A DNA stretch of 64,000 bases from Sedimentisphaerales bacterium (GTDB lineage: Bacteria > Planctomycetota > Phycisphaerae > Sedimentisphaerales > Anaerobacaceae): assembly GCA_040772485.1 (NCBI GenBank), contig JAXGYC010000007.1, forward strand, positions 832,001 to 896,000. Reading direction: 5' to 3'. The position numbers were made by a program, and so were the translations under genes. Under the pieces are notes generated by a model, which saw nothing but the letters and a program-made list of their open reading frames with translations, had not been told where the DNA came from and ran no database searches. Shown in pieces: positions 28,232 to 37,869 of the stretch. How positions within the stretch are numbered: position 1 is the first letter of the stretch; the number at the start of each line of letters is the position of its first letter.

Positions 28232-29164
28232 TTACCGCTGGAAATTGCAGATGTCGTCGTCGGTGCCGTAGAAACCGTCGTAGCCCGCCGAGATCAGGAT
28301 GTAGGAATCGTTCTTGTACGGGACCGGAAAATTCTGCGTCGAGGCCCGCCAGTCGGTGATGAAGTCGTAGAACGTGGCCACCGAACCCGCCAGCGGGTTC
28401 CAGAACCGCCCGGGGGCTCTCAACGGAGCTGTTCCCCGCTGTGCCAGGTCGATCTGCTCCTTGGCGACGATGAGATAGTCGTTGTCCCGGCTGTCATAGA
28501 TACTCTCCCGGACTTTCTCCGAGGGGTTGGCGCGATAGTAGAGCACGGGCAGGCCCGACTTGCGACGCGACCCGTCCAGAAGCGTTACGTCCTTTCCTCT
28601 GCCGAAGACGTCTCCGAGAACGAAGGTATTCGCCGCCAGCGGTACCCCGACCGCCCCGAGATCGAACAACCCATCCTGATTGCCGGTCACGCCCAGTCGC
28701 ACGGCGTTGGCCGTATCCAGGTCCAGGTAGCGGGACTTCCTCTTGTTCATGTCGTACTCGACCGTCCGGTCGTAGAGGAAATACGTCCCCTCCCCGTGGG
28801 TCGTCGTCCCGACACGGTAGGGCCAGCGGTTCATCCCGTCGGCGCGCCAGCCCGAATCCGGGTGGAAGCCCAGCAGGTCCCAGCCGAGCAGGGCCTCCGC
28901 CAGTTTCTGGGCGCCCGAGGAGTTCTCCGTCTGCTGCGTATCGCGCAGCCACGTGTAACGGTCGGAGGGCGGCAGACTCCCGTAGTCGTTCTTGAACGTC
29001 GCCAGGGCCAGATCGATGGCCGTGAACTGCACCTTCTGCTTGGCCTCCCGGGCCGTCTTCCTGACCATGCCGATGGCCGGCAGGAGCATCCCCGTGAGGA
29101 TGGCGATGATTCCCACCACCACCAGGATCTCCACCAGTGTCAAACCTGACCTTTTCGGTTTCAC
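28232..29164 (-). CDS. Enlarged GspG-like pilin, paralog 2
   Basis: SG-LTLVEILVVV and C-terminal YILISAGYDGFYGTDDDICNF. Confidence 0.85.
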   Translation of the reverse strand: MKPKRSGLTLVEILVVVGIIAILTGMLLPAIGMVRKTAREAKQKVQFTAIDLALATFKNDYGSLPPSDRYTWLRDTQQTENSSGAQKLAEALLGWDLLGFHPDSGWRADGMNRWPYRVGTTTHGEGTYFLYDRTVEYDMNKRKSRYLDLDTANAVRLGVTGNQDGLFDLGAVGVPLAANTFVLGDVFGRGKDVTLLDGSRRKSGLPVLYYRANPSEKVRESIYDSRDNDYLIVAKEQIDLAQRGTAPLRAPGRFWNPLAGSVATFYDFITDWRASTQNFPVPYKNDSYILISAGYDGFYGTDDDICNFQR

Positions 29165-29275
29165 GATCGTCCTCTTTCAATACCGACGGTTTCCGTCCAA
29201 TGCTCGTCGCGCTGCCTCGGCTGGATCAGGCAATCCGTCCCGGCAACGGGTCCAAGGATGTCGGTCGATGGAACG

Positions 29276-30160
29276 CTATTCGCGGTACTTCCACTCGAAG
29301 TTGCAGATATCGTCGGCGGTGCCATACTCGCCGTCCCAGCCGGCCGAGATCAGGATGTACGAATCGGGCCTGTACGGCCGGTCCGTCGTGCTGATCTTGT
29401 CGCTACGCGTGTTGCGGAAAAACCGCAGCGGGTCGGCCAGATTGTGAGGCGTCTGGGTGGAACCCGAGGCCTCCCAGGGCTTGCCCAACGCGAGCAGAGA
29501 CTGATTGTCCTGGTAGTTGTAGATGTTCCCCCGGCTGTCCGTGATGGTCATGGACGACGCCACGTTGGGATCGTGGAGATTGTTGGCGGTGTTGGCCTTG
29601 TAGTACAAGATCGGCATGCCCGTCTTCTCGCCCGAAGCCATCTGGCGATCGTACACATCGCACAGAACGAACGTGTCGGGCAAGAACGCGCCGGCCCCGC
29701 TGTCGCCATAGATCTGCCTGAGCCGGTAGGCATTGGCATTCTCCGCTTGCAGGTAGGGCCCCTTCCGCGCCGACAAGTTTGCAGCCGTCGGATTGGGTGG
29801 ATACAACTGCACGCCGCCGGGGCCCAGACCGTCGCGACGGAACAGGGTGTTCGCGTGACAGCCGAGCAGATCTTTGCCCATGATGGCTTCCGCCAGTCTC
29901 ATCGAGCCACAGTACGGAGCGCCGGTCGGATCGAGCGCGCCCGAATCCGGGTAGCCGCCGAATTCGTTGCTGAACAACTCGATGGCGGCGTCGATGCTGC
30001 GCAATTGCGCCATCTGCTTGACATTGGTGGCGAACTTCTTGGCCTTGTTCAAGGCCGGCACGAGCAGGCCGATCAGGATGACGATGATGCTCATCACGGT
30101 CAGCAGCTCGACGATCGTGAACGCCCGCGGCGTTCTGGCTGGGTTGGCGACTGGTCTCAT
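29276..30160 (-). CDS. Enlarged GspG-like pilin, paralog 1
   Basis: RA-FTIVELLTVM and YILISAGWDGEYGTADDICNF; strong AAGGAG RBS before ATG 30160. Confidence 0.87.
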   Translation of the reverse strand: MRPVANPARTPRAFTIVELLTVMSIIVILIGLLVPALNKAKKFATNVKQMAQLRSIDAAIELFSNEFGGYPDSGALDPTGAPYCGSMRLAEAIMGKDLLGCHANTLFRRDGLGPGGVQLYPPNPTAANLSARKGPYLQAENANAYRLRQIYGDSGAGAFLPDTFVLCDVYDRQMASGEKTGMPILYYKANTANNLHDPNVASSMTITDSRGNIYNYQDNQSLLALGKPWEASGSTQTPHNLADPLRFFRNTRSDKISTTDRPYRPDSYILISAGWDGEYGTADDICNFEWKYRE

Positions 30161-30212
30161 TTTTGTTCTCCTTTTAAGATACATGATTGCCTGAATCTGG
30201 GTATCGGGCCGA

Positions 30213-31466
30213 TTAACCACCGGCGGAACTCAAGCTCGTAATGACCTGGATCATCGGCAGGAAGACCGCCAGCACGATCACCATGACGACGCTGCCGAGC
30301 ACGATGATCATCAGCGGCTCCAGCATGGACATCAGACCGCCGACGAGCACGTCGACCTGCTCGTCGTAGTTATCGGCCACCTTCAGCAGCATCTTGTCGA
30401 GATCGCCGGTCTCCTCCCCGACCGCGACCATGTTGCTGACGAGCAGGTCGATGGTCTTGGACTGGCGGAGCGGCGCCGCGAAGGTGTCTCCCTGGCGGAT
30501 CGAGTTGTGGATGTTGCCGAGCAGCTTCGCGTAGACCTCGTTGCCGGCGGTCTCGCGGGTCACGCTGATGGCGTCGAGAATCGGCACGCCGGCGCTGATC
30601 AGCGTCCCGAGGGTTCGGGTCCATCGCGTGATGGAAACTTTGCTGACCAACTGGCCGACGACCGGCAGCCGCAGATTGATGGCATCCAGCGCCATGCGTC
30701 CCGGCTGGAATTTCCGGACGATCCGCAAGATGATGATCAGGCCGATCGGGATCGCGATCATCACCGCCCAGCCGTATCGGTAGGCGATCCACGCGCTGAT
30801 GCCCAGCACGGTCGTCGTGATCGGGTTCAACTTGCCGCCGACCATTTCCTCCAGCACCGTTTTGAACTGCGGAATCACGAACGCCATCAGGCCCAGCAGG
30901 ATCAGAAACGCCGCCGAGAGCACCACGATCGGATAGATCATGGCGCTCTTGACACGACCCTTCAGGCGGATGGCCTTCTCCTTGAAGTCGGCGATACGAG
31001 CGAGAATCAGGTCGAGCACACCGCCTGACTCGCCGGCCGCCACCATGTTCACGAACAGACGGTCGAAACACCGCGGGAACTTCGCCATGGCCTCCGAAAG
31101 CGTCGTGCCGCCCTCGATCTCGTCGGCCACGTACCCGATGATCCGCTTGAAGGCGCCCGATTTCTGCTGCTCTTCGAGAATGCGCAGAGACCGAAGGATC
31201 GGCAAGCCTGCATCCTGGAGCGTCGAGAGCTGCCGCGCGAACTCCGTGACGTACTTGACCTTGACCTTCGCCTTGGCTCCTCGACGGGCCCGCGTCCTTG
31301 CCGCGGTCTTGCCCACCTGCTTCGTCGCCGTCTTCGAGCGGACCTTCGTGGGGAAGTACCCCATGTTGCGAATCTTGCTGATGGCTTCCTTCTCACTGAG
31401 GGCCTCGATCTCGTCCTTGATCTCGACCCCCTGGGAATCCAACGCTACGTATTGAAAGACAGGCAT
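30213..31466 (-). CDS. pilC: Type II secretion / type IV pilus platform protein (GspF/PilC)
   Basis: RQLSTLQDAGLP, AGESGG, SAMIYP, GEETGDL and LEP motifs. Confidence 0.92.
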   Translation of the reverse strand: MPVFQYVALDSQGVEIKDEIEALSEKEAISKIRNMGYFPTKVRSKTATKQVGKTAARTRARRGAKAKVKVKYVTEFARQLSTLQDAGLPILRSLRILEEQQKSGAFKRIIGYVADEIEGGTTLSEAMAKFPRCFDRLFVNMVAAGESGGVLDLILARIADFKEKAIRLKGRVKSAMIYPIVVLSAAFLILLGLMAFVIPQFKTVLEEMVGGKLNPITTTVLGISAWIAYRYGWAVMIAIPIGLIIILRIVRKFQPGRMALDAINLRLPVVGQLVSKVSITRWTRTLGTLISAGVPILDAISVTRETAGNEVYAKLLGNIHNSIRQGDTFAAPLRQSKTIDLLVSNMVAVGEETGDLDKMLLKVADNYDEQVDVLVGGLMSMLEPLMIIVLGSVVMVIVLAVFLPMIQVITSLSSAGG

Positions 31467-31517
31467 GTTCCTACCTCACTTGAACGCAACCATCCTGAGC
31501 TCCACACGGGCAGCGCC

Positions 31518-33281
31518 TTAGCTTTCCGTGATCGTTTCCTTTGCGATTTCATCGATCGTGGTGATGCCGTCGAAGACCGCGATCAACCCGTTGTAACGCA
31601 ACGGTCTCATGCCCGCCTTCTGGGCCGCCACACGCAGCACATTGGTCGAGGCACGATTCATGATCAGATCGCGGATTTCGTCGTTGAAGATCATGATTTC
31701 GTAAATGCCGGTTCGCCCCCGGTAGCCGGTCCCATTGCACTTGCTGCACCCCTTTCCATAGTAGAACTTCCGGCCGGCAATCTCCTCTTCCGTCAGACTC
31801 AGCTCTTTCAACTGGGCCTCGTCCGGCTCGTAGGGGGTCTTGCACTTGGTGCAGATCCGACGGACCAGACGCTGGGCGACGACGCCTTCGATCGTCGCAG
31901 TGATAAGGAACGGCTCGACCCCCAGGTCGAGCAGACGGGCGACGGAGCTCGGCGCATCGTTGGTGTGCAGCGTGGTAAACACCAGGTGGCCGGTCAGCGA
32001 CGCCTGGGCCGCGATTTCAGCGGTTTCATGGTCACGAATCTCACCGACGAGCACGATGTCCGGGTCCTGTCGCAGAATCGAGCGCAGGCACCGGGCAAAG
32101 GTCAACCCGATGTCCGGCTTCATCTGGACCTGGATGAGACCGTCGAGATCGTACTCCACCGGGTCTTCCGTCGTGATGATCTTGCTGTCAATCGTGTTCA
32201 GTTCACTCAAGGCCGAATAGAGGGTGGTAGTCTTTCCGGAACCGGTCGGGCCCGTCACGATGATGATCCCGTTCGGCCTGTTGATGAGCTGCCGCACCAG
32301 CTTCAGGTCTTCCGGCTGGAAACCCAGCTTTTCCAGGTCGAAGCTCACCTGACTGCGGTCCAGGACACGAAGCACGACGCTCTCGCCGAACATCGTCGGA
32401 AGCACGCTGACGCGCAGGTCGATCGGATTGCCCTGGACCGACAGCGAAATGCGACCGTCCTGCGGCAGTCTTCGCTCGGCGATGTCCAGGTTCGCCATGA
32501 CCTTGATTCGGGAGCTCAAGGCCGCGGCAATGTACTTCGGAGGCGGGATCATCTCGTACAGAACGCCGTCGATACGATACCGCATCTTGTATTCGGTCTC
32601 GAACGGCTCGAAGTGAATGTCCGACGCCTTGTCTCGAATCGCCTGCAGCAGCACCAGGTTCAGCAGCTTCTTGACGGGATTCGATTCCGACAGTTCCTTC
32701 AGCTCGTCCAGGTCGATGCTCTGATTTCGTCCGTCGAATTCCGCCAGAAACGCATCCGACTGGATCTCGTCGATCAGCTCCGTGATGTTGTCATCTTCCG
32801 ACTCGTAGTACTTCTTCAGCGCCGCCTCAAGGGCATCCCGGTCGGTCATTTTCGCCGTGACGGCAAACCCCATCAACGTCCGCAGGTCGTCCGTCGCCCG
32901 GAAGTTGTCGACATTGTCAAGCACGACGACCAACTCATTCTTTGCCTTGTTGTACTCAATCGGAACAATATGATAGCTCGTCGCGGTTTGCGCAGGGACC
33001 TTCTCGATGACCTCCTGAGGAACATCCAGTCCGTCGATGTTGACGTACTCCATCCCTCGCTTGGCCGCCAGGGCCACCTGCAACTGCGTCTCATCGATCA
33101 GCCCGAGCTCGAGGAAGATCTCGCCGATCCGGACGCCTCCGCCTCGCTGCTTCTGGATGGTGAGGCACTCGTGGACCTTCTCCCGACTGAGGATCCCCAT
33201 CTTCATCAGGATTCGACCCAGGGGCCGGCCACGCAACTGCTCAACCGGAGGGAGCGTGATAGCTGTTTTGCTTTTGCCCAT
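31518..33281 (-). CDS. pilB: GspE/PilB assembly ATPase
   Basis: ASDIHFEP, RLPQDG, GPTGSGKTT, LRQDPD, TLHTND and CxxC...CxxC; MshEN-like N-terminus (RPLGRIL...RIGEIF). Confidence 0.92.
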   Translation of the reverse strand: MGKSKTAITLPPVEQLRGRPLGRILMKMGILSREKVHECLTIQKQRGGGVRIGEIFLELGLIDETQLQVALAAKRGMEYVNIDGLDVPQEVIEKVPAQTATSYHIVPIEYNKAKNELVVVLDNVDNFRATDDLRTLMGFAVTAKMTDRDALEAALKKYYESEDDNITELIDEIQSDAFLAEFDGRNQSIDLDELKELSESNPVKKLLNLVLLQAIRDKASDIHFEPFETEYKMRYRIDGVLYEMIPPPKYIAAALSSRIKVMANLDIAERRLPQDGRISLSVQGNPIDLRVSVLPTMFGESVVLRVLDRSQVSFDLEKLGFQPEDLKLVRQLINRPNGIIIVTGPTGSGKTTTLYSALSELNTIDSKIITTEDPVEYDLDGLIQVQMKPDIGLTFARCLRSILRQDPDIVLVGEIRDHETAEIAAQASLTGHLVFTTLHTNDAPSSVARLLDLGVEPFLITATIEGVVAQRLVRRICTKCKTPYEPDEAQLKELSLTEEEIAGRKFYYGKGCSKCNGTGYRGRTGIYEIMIFNDEIRDLIMNRASTNVLRVAAQKAGMRPLRYNGLIAVFDGITTIDEIAKETITES

Positions 33282-33322
33282 AGTTCAAAGCCCTTAAAGC
33301 CTCTCTATCTCTCTACGTCCCG

Positions 33323-33365
33323 ATTATAGCAAAGTAAACAGTTATTTCTACGAAAATTAGAAATA
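33323..33365 (-). promoter_or_regulatory. Extended -10 promoter with upstream palindromic site, in front of the pilB-pilC-pilin genes
   Basis: Minus strand TGcTATAAT (TATAAT = 33328-33323); inverted repeat TATTTCTA-N7-TAGAAATA at 33343-33365; AT-rich island. Confidence 0.6.
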
Positions 33366-33511
33366 GGACACGTGGTTAACGAGGCGCAATACGGCTCAGT
33401 CAGATGGCCCCTATAACCAGACCGCGTGTAAGCCTATGTCCTATAGACGTGTTTGTGGCCACCCCGTTACGCGTGGAATGACTGCCCGTGTGTCGCAGAC
33501 TTTTCGGACCT

Positions 33512-34663
33512 TTACGTCTTGAGGATCGGTCCCATGTCTTCCAGTTCCTGGGCCGCCTCGGCAGCCTTCTTCTTCATCTTTCCTCTGGCCGAGGCGATCT
33601 TGGCCAGTGCCTTCTCTTGGAGGGCTCCCGGCCCCCGGCCCTTGTCGAGCATCTCCTCAAGCGTGATCTTCCCGGAGTCATAGAGGTTCCAGAGATGCTC
33701 ATCCAGCAATTGCATGCCCAGCTTCTTGCCCGTCTGGATGCTGGAATCAATGCGGTAGGTCTTGTTCTCCCGGATCAGGTTGGCAATGGCCGGCGTGACC
33801 ACAAGGAATTCGTAGGCGGCGATTCGGCCGCGACCCGAAGCCAGCGGACAGAGGGCCTGGCTGAGCACCGCAAGGAGATTGCCCGCCAACTGGATTCGGA
33901 TCTGTTCCTGCTGGTCCACCGGGAACACGTCAATAATACGGTTTATGGTACCTGCGGCACTGGTCGTGTGAACGGTGCTGAACACCAGGTGGCCCGTTTC
34001 CGCTGCACGGACGGCAGCCTCGATCGTTTCGAGGTCGCGCAATTCGCCGACGAGGATCACGTCCGGGTCCTGACGGAGCACGCGTCGGAGGGCCTCGGCG
34101 AAGCTGGGCACGTCCACGCCGACTTCACGCTGGTTGATGATCGATTTCTTGTGTGGCTGGTAGTACTCGATCGGGTCTTCCACGGTCACGATGTGTCGAT
34201 CGAAATTCTCGTTGATGTAGTTGATCATCGTCGCCAGCGTTGTGGTCTTGCCGCTTCCCGTCGGACCGGTAACAAGAAAAAGCCCGCGAGGACGGCGGCA
34301 GAGTGCCGCACAGATCTTGGGCAAGCCAAGTTGCTCAAATGTCAGGAGCTTATTGGGGATCTGCCGCAGGACGATGGAGATATTGCCCTTCTGCTTGAAC
34401 ACGGACACACGGAATCTCGCCGCATCGCCGAAGGCGAAGCCAAAATCCGTGCCCCCTTCCTCCTGAATCTCCTGCTCGCATCGTTCCGGCGTAATGCTCT
34501 TCATCAGGGCTACCGTATCATCGGGCTCCAAAACCTTCGTCTCAAGCGACCGAAGGTGCCCGTCGATGCGAAGTGTCGGGGGGCGGCCCACAGCAATGTG
34601 AATGTCCGAGGCCCCCTGCGAAACACACGCCTGCAGAAGCCTATCCATGTTCACTGTCGCCAT
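33512..34663 (-). CDS. pilT: Type IV pilus retraction ATPase
   Basis: GASDIHI, RFRVSVF, GPTGSGKTT, INQREVG, LRQDPD, AAETGH, AIANLIRE and GMQLLD motifs. Confidence 0.95.
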   Translation of the reverse strand: MATVNMDRLLQACVSQGASDIHIAVGRPPTLRIDGHLRSLETKVLEPDDTVALMKSITPERCEQEIQEEGGTDFGFAFGDAARFRVSVFKQKGNISIVLRQIPNKLLTFEQLGLPKICAALCRRPRGLFLVTGPTGSGKTTTLATMINYINENFDRHIVTVEDPIEYYQPHKKSIINQREVGVDVPSFAEALRRVLRQDPDVILVGELRDLETIEAAVRAAETGHLVFSTVHTTSAAGTINRIIDVFPVDQQEQIRIQLAGNLLAVLSQALCPLASGRGRIAAYEFLVVTPAIANLIRENKTYRIDSSIQTGKKLGMQLLDEHLWNLYDSGKITLEEMLDKGRGPGALQEKALAKIASARGKMKKKAAEAAQELEDMGPILKT

Positions 34664-34688
34664 CTGGTGATCCTTTGCCAAAAAACGG

Positions 34689-36428
34689 TTACTCTTCTAC
34701 CATACCCTCGGTCTGAGCGATTCGGGAGACCTCTTCGGCGGTGGTAGTTCCTTTGAAAATCTTCAGTTTGCCGTCCTCTGCCAGCCCACGCATCCCGGCA
34801 TTCTTGGCGGCCTTCCGTAACTCCGTGGTCGTGGCGCGTTTGAACGCCAGTTCACGCATCTCGGAGTTCATTTCGAGCATTTCGAAGATGCCGAGCCGGC
34901 CCTTATAGCCGGTGTTGTGACACGCCGGACAGCCCGCCCCCTTGTAGACAGGGCGTTTCTTCGTCTCCTCCGGATCGATCCCCACCAGCCGCAGATGGTG
35001 CGGATTGGGGTGCTCGTCCACCACTTTGCACTTCTTGCAGATGACGCGGATCAGTCGCTGGGCCATGATGGCCTGAATCGAACTGGCCACCAGGAACGGC
35101 TTGACCCCCATGTCGATCAAACGCGTGATCGCGCCGCAGGCGTCGTTGGTGTGCAGCGTGCTGAACACCAGATGGCCTGTCAGAGCGGCCTGGATGGCGA
35201 TATCAGCCACTTCGCTATCGCGGATTTCGCCAACGAGAATGATGTTCGGCGCCTGACGCAGCATGGATCGAAGGATCCGGTCGAAGGTCAGACCGATCTC
35301 CTCCTTCACCTGGCACTGATTCATCCCGGCGAACATGTACTCGACGGGATCCTCGGCCGTGATGATCTTCTTATCCGGCTTGTTCAACTCCTGCAACGCG
35401 GCATACAGGGTCGTGGTCTTGCCGCTACCGGTCGGCCCGGTCACCAGGAAAATGCCGTTGGGGCGCTTGATAATGCGCTGAAACGTCTCATAGTTGTCCT
35501 GCTCGAATCCAAGGGATTCGATGCCGATATTGACCGCGTCCGGCCGCAAGATACGTAGCACCACACTGGGACCGTGCACTCCCGGCAAGGACGAGACACG
35601 GAAATCGATATCCTGGCCGGCGATGTTCCGTTTGATACGGCCGTCCTGCGGCAGCCGTTTCTCGGCAATATCCATGCCGGAGAGAATCTTCAGACGCGTG
35701 ACCAGCGGCGCCTGCATGTTCTTGGGGATGTTGTCTTTCTCCAGACAGACGCCGTCGACCCGATACCGGATGCGGACACGGTCAGCCATCGGCTCGACGT
35801 GAATATCGCTGGCTCGCATGTGGTAGGCGGTGTCGATGATGAGATTCACCAGCCGGATGATCGGCCCCTCGTCGTCGGCATCGGCCGCCTGGGCGCGCTG
35901 CGCCTCGGCCGCCAGCTCACGCCCCACTTCCGCCAGTTCGGCGGCCGTGGCGTCGATGCTGTGCGTCAGCCGGTCATCCTCCGGCTTGACCACCTCCTGC
36001 TCGAGCGAACCGTCGATGTAGGCGCGGATCTTCTTCGGACTGGCCAGATAGCACTCCAACTCGGTATTCAGACGCAACCGGACGGAATCCATCATGTCCA
36101 GGTCCATCGGATCGCCGATGATCAGCTTCAAACGGCCGTTGGCCACGCTCAGAGGCAGAATGCCGTGGCGACGGATCAGGTCCTCCGGGACGATCTTCAC
36201 CGCATCCGAAGGGACCGTAACTTGGTCCAAGTCGACGTACTTGAGCCCAAACTGCTTGGCCAGGGCTTTGGCAAGGGTGTCCTCGTCGATGAGCTTCATA
36301 TCAAGCAAGACCTGGCCAAGCCGCTTGTTATTGGACTTGCCGGTCTTGATTGCATCGATAAGGGCCTCTTTCTTGACAAGCCCAGCCTTGTAGAGGATTT
36401 CCCCTAAGCGCCTGCGTTCCTTGGTCAT
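34689..36428 (-). CDS. pilB: Second GspE/PilB assembly ATPase
   Basis: RRLGEIL...KRLGQVL (MshEN-like), ASDIHVEP, GPTGSGKTT, TLHTND and tetracysteine motifs. Confidence 0.92.
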   Translation of the reverse strand: MTKERRRLGEILYKAGLVKKEALIDAIKTGKSNNKRLGQVLLDMKLIDEDTLAKALAKQFGLKYVDLDQVTVPSDAVKIVPEDLIRRHGILPLSVANGRLKLIIGDPMDLDMMDSVRLRLNTELECYLASPKKIRAYIDGSLEQEVVKPEDDRLTHSIDATAAELAEVGRELAAEAQRAQAADADDEGPIIRLVNLIIDTAYHMRASDIHVEPMADRVRIRYRVDGVCLEKDNIPKNMQAPLVTRLKILSGMDIAEKRLPQDGRIKRNIAGQDIDFRVSSLPGVHGPSVVLRILRPDAVNIGIESLGFEQDNYETFQRIIKRPNGIFLVTGPTGSGKTTTLYAALQELNKPDKKIITAEDPVEYMFAGMNQCQVKEEIGLTFDRILRSMLRQAPNIILVGEIRDSEVADIAIQAALTGHLVFSTLHTNDACGAITRLIDMGVKPFLVASSIQAIMAQRLIRVICKKCKVVDEHPNPHHLRLVGIDPEETKKRPVYKGAGCPACHNTGYKGRLGIFEMLEMNSEMRELAFKRATTTELRKAAKNAGMRGLAEDGKLKIFKGTTTAEEVSRIAQTEGMVEE

Positions 36429-36489
36429 ACAAACCTCATGTGCAGCATCAACCCATCCCTGTTCATTTTATCAGTTCTTCCCAGGCAAG

Positions 36490-37740
36490 TCAACGGTCCA
36501 GTCCGCGTCGCAGGATATCCAGCGCCGTCTGTGCGGCGCGCAGCCGCACGTAACTGCGTTCCCACGGGAACACCTGGCGCACCGTGTGCACCTGCCCTTC
36601 AAAGTCGGCACAGACATACACAAGGCCGACCGGCTTCTCGTCGGTCCCGCCGTCTGGGCCGGCGATGCCGGTTATGCCGATCGCATAGTCAGTGCCGGCC
36701 CGAGCCCGGGCGCCTCGCGCCATGGCTTGTGCCACCTCCTCGCTGACCGCGCCGTGTCTGGCGATCAACTCCGGCGGCACCCCCAATTCGTCTATCTTGG
36801 CTTCATTGCTGTACGTCACCCACCCGCGCGTGAAATACCGGCTGGCCCCCGGAACATCCGTGATCAGCTTGGCGAGAAGCCCTCCCGTGCAGGACTCCGC
36901 CACCGCCAGCGTCTTGCCCTGACGCTGCAACTGCCGACCGACGACCTCAGCCAGGGTATCCTCGCCCACGCCATAGACCAGCGGCCCCAGGAGGCCGCGC
37001 AGCCTGGTCTCCTGGCACTGGGCCAGATTCTCGGCCTCGGCTACGGTCTGCGTGGTCGCGACAATCTCCAGCGTGATCACCCCTGTCTGAGCCGTGCAAT
37101 TGACCAGCGGGTTGTGGTCCCGGAGCATCGCGTCGCCGATCATTTCGGCGATCGTCGATTCGCCGGCGCCGAAGCACCTGAGCCTTCTGACCACCACCGC
37201 CTGAGACGGCGCCAACGCCCGCAGTCTCGGAAGGACCGAAGCCGCCAGCATTTGCTCCATCTCACGCGGGACACCGGGAAGAGCGAAGAAGACCTTGCCA
37301 TCCTTCTCGGCGACGATCCCCGGGGCCGTTCCCCACTCGTTGGGCACAGCGTCAGCCCCTTTCGGGACGCGGGCCTGGCCCGCATTCTTGCGCACCATCG
37401 GCACACCACGCCTCTGGAACATCTCACTTATTCTGACAAGCAGGTCCTCCCGGAGTTCCAGCTCAACCCCCAGGAATTCGGCAAAACCTTCGCGGGTCAG
37501 GTCGTCGTCGGTCGGGCCCAACCCTCCGGTGGCAATGACAATATCCGCCTCCTCGGCGGCCAGCCTCAGGGCACGGACAATCGCCGGCTGGAGATCGGCC
37601 ACCGTATATGAGCTGGCCGTCGGGACACCGATCAACCGCAACTGCCGTTCGATATACGCCGCATTCGTGTCGACGGTATGGCCGCTGAGAACCTCGTTGC
37701 CGATACTGATGATAGACGCCTGCTTGACCCGACCGACCAT
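36490..37740 (-). CDS. cinA: Competence/damage-inducible protein A (MocF-like domain plus NMN deamidase PncC)
   Basis: IGNEVLSG..VDTN, GGLGPTDDDLT, LPGVPREM, AESCTGG and TGIAGPDGG motifs. Confidence 0.93.
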   Translation of the reverse strand: MVGRVKQASIISIGNEVLSGHTVDTNAAYIERQLRLIGVPTASSYTVADLQPAIVRALRLAAEEADIVIATGGLGPTDDDLTREGFAEFLGVELELREDLLVRISEMFQRRGVPMVRKNAGQARVPKGADAVPNEWGTAPGIVAEKDGKVFFALPGVPREMEQMLAASVLPRLRALAPSQAVVVRRLRCFGAGESTIAEMIGDAMLRDHNPLVNCTAQTGVITLEIVATTQTVAEAENLAQCQETRLRGLLGPLVYGVGEDTLAEVVGRQLQRQGKTLAVAESCTGGLLAKLITDVPGASRYFTRGWVTYSNEAKIDELGVPPELIARHGAVSEEVAQAMARGARARAGTDYAIGITGIAGPDGGTDEKPVGLVYVCADFEGQVHTVRQVFPWERSYVRLRAAQTALDILRRGLDR

Positions 37741-37869
37741 CCCATCTCCCGACGCACGCTGGACCTGAAACCCCCGAGTGTGACCCCACACATCACCCGG
37801 CGTAGAAACGCCACTATCCCCTCCGGCCTGCCCTCGCCGCCTGCCGCTGCCACGAAGCGATCCAGGCAA

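Noticed and set aside
36490..37740. cinA directly upstream of the pilus genes as evidence of competence
   Set aside because: CinA is an NAD-salvage enzyme in most bacteria, and no comEC, comF or dprA is in the window
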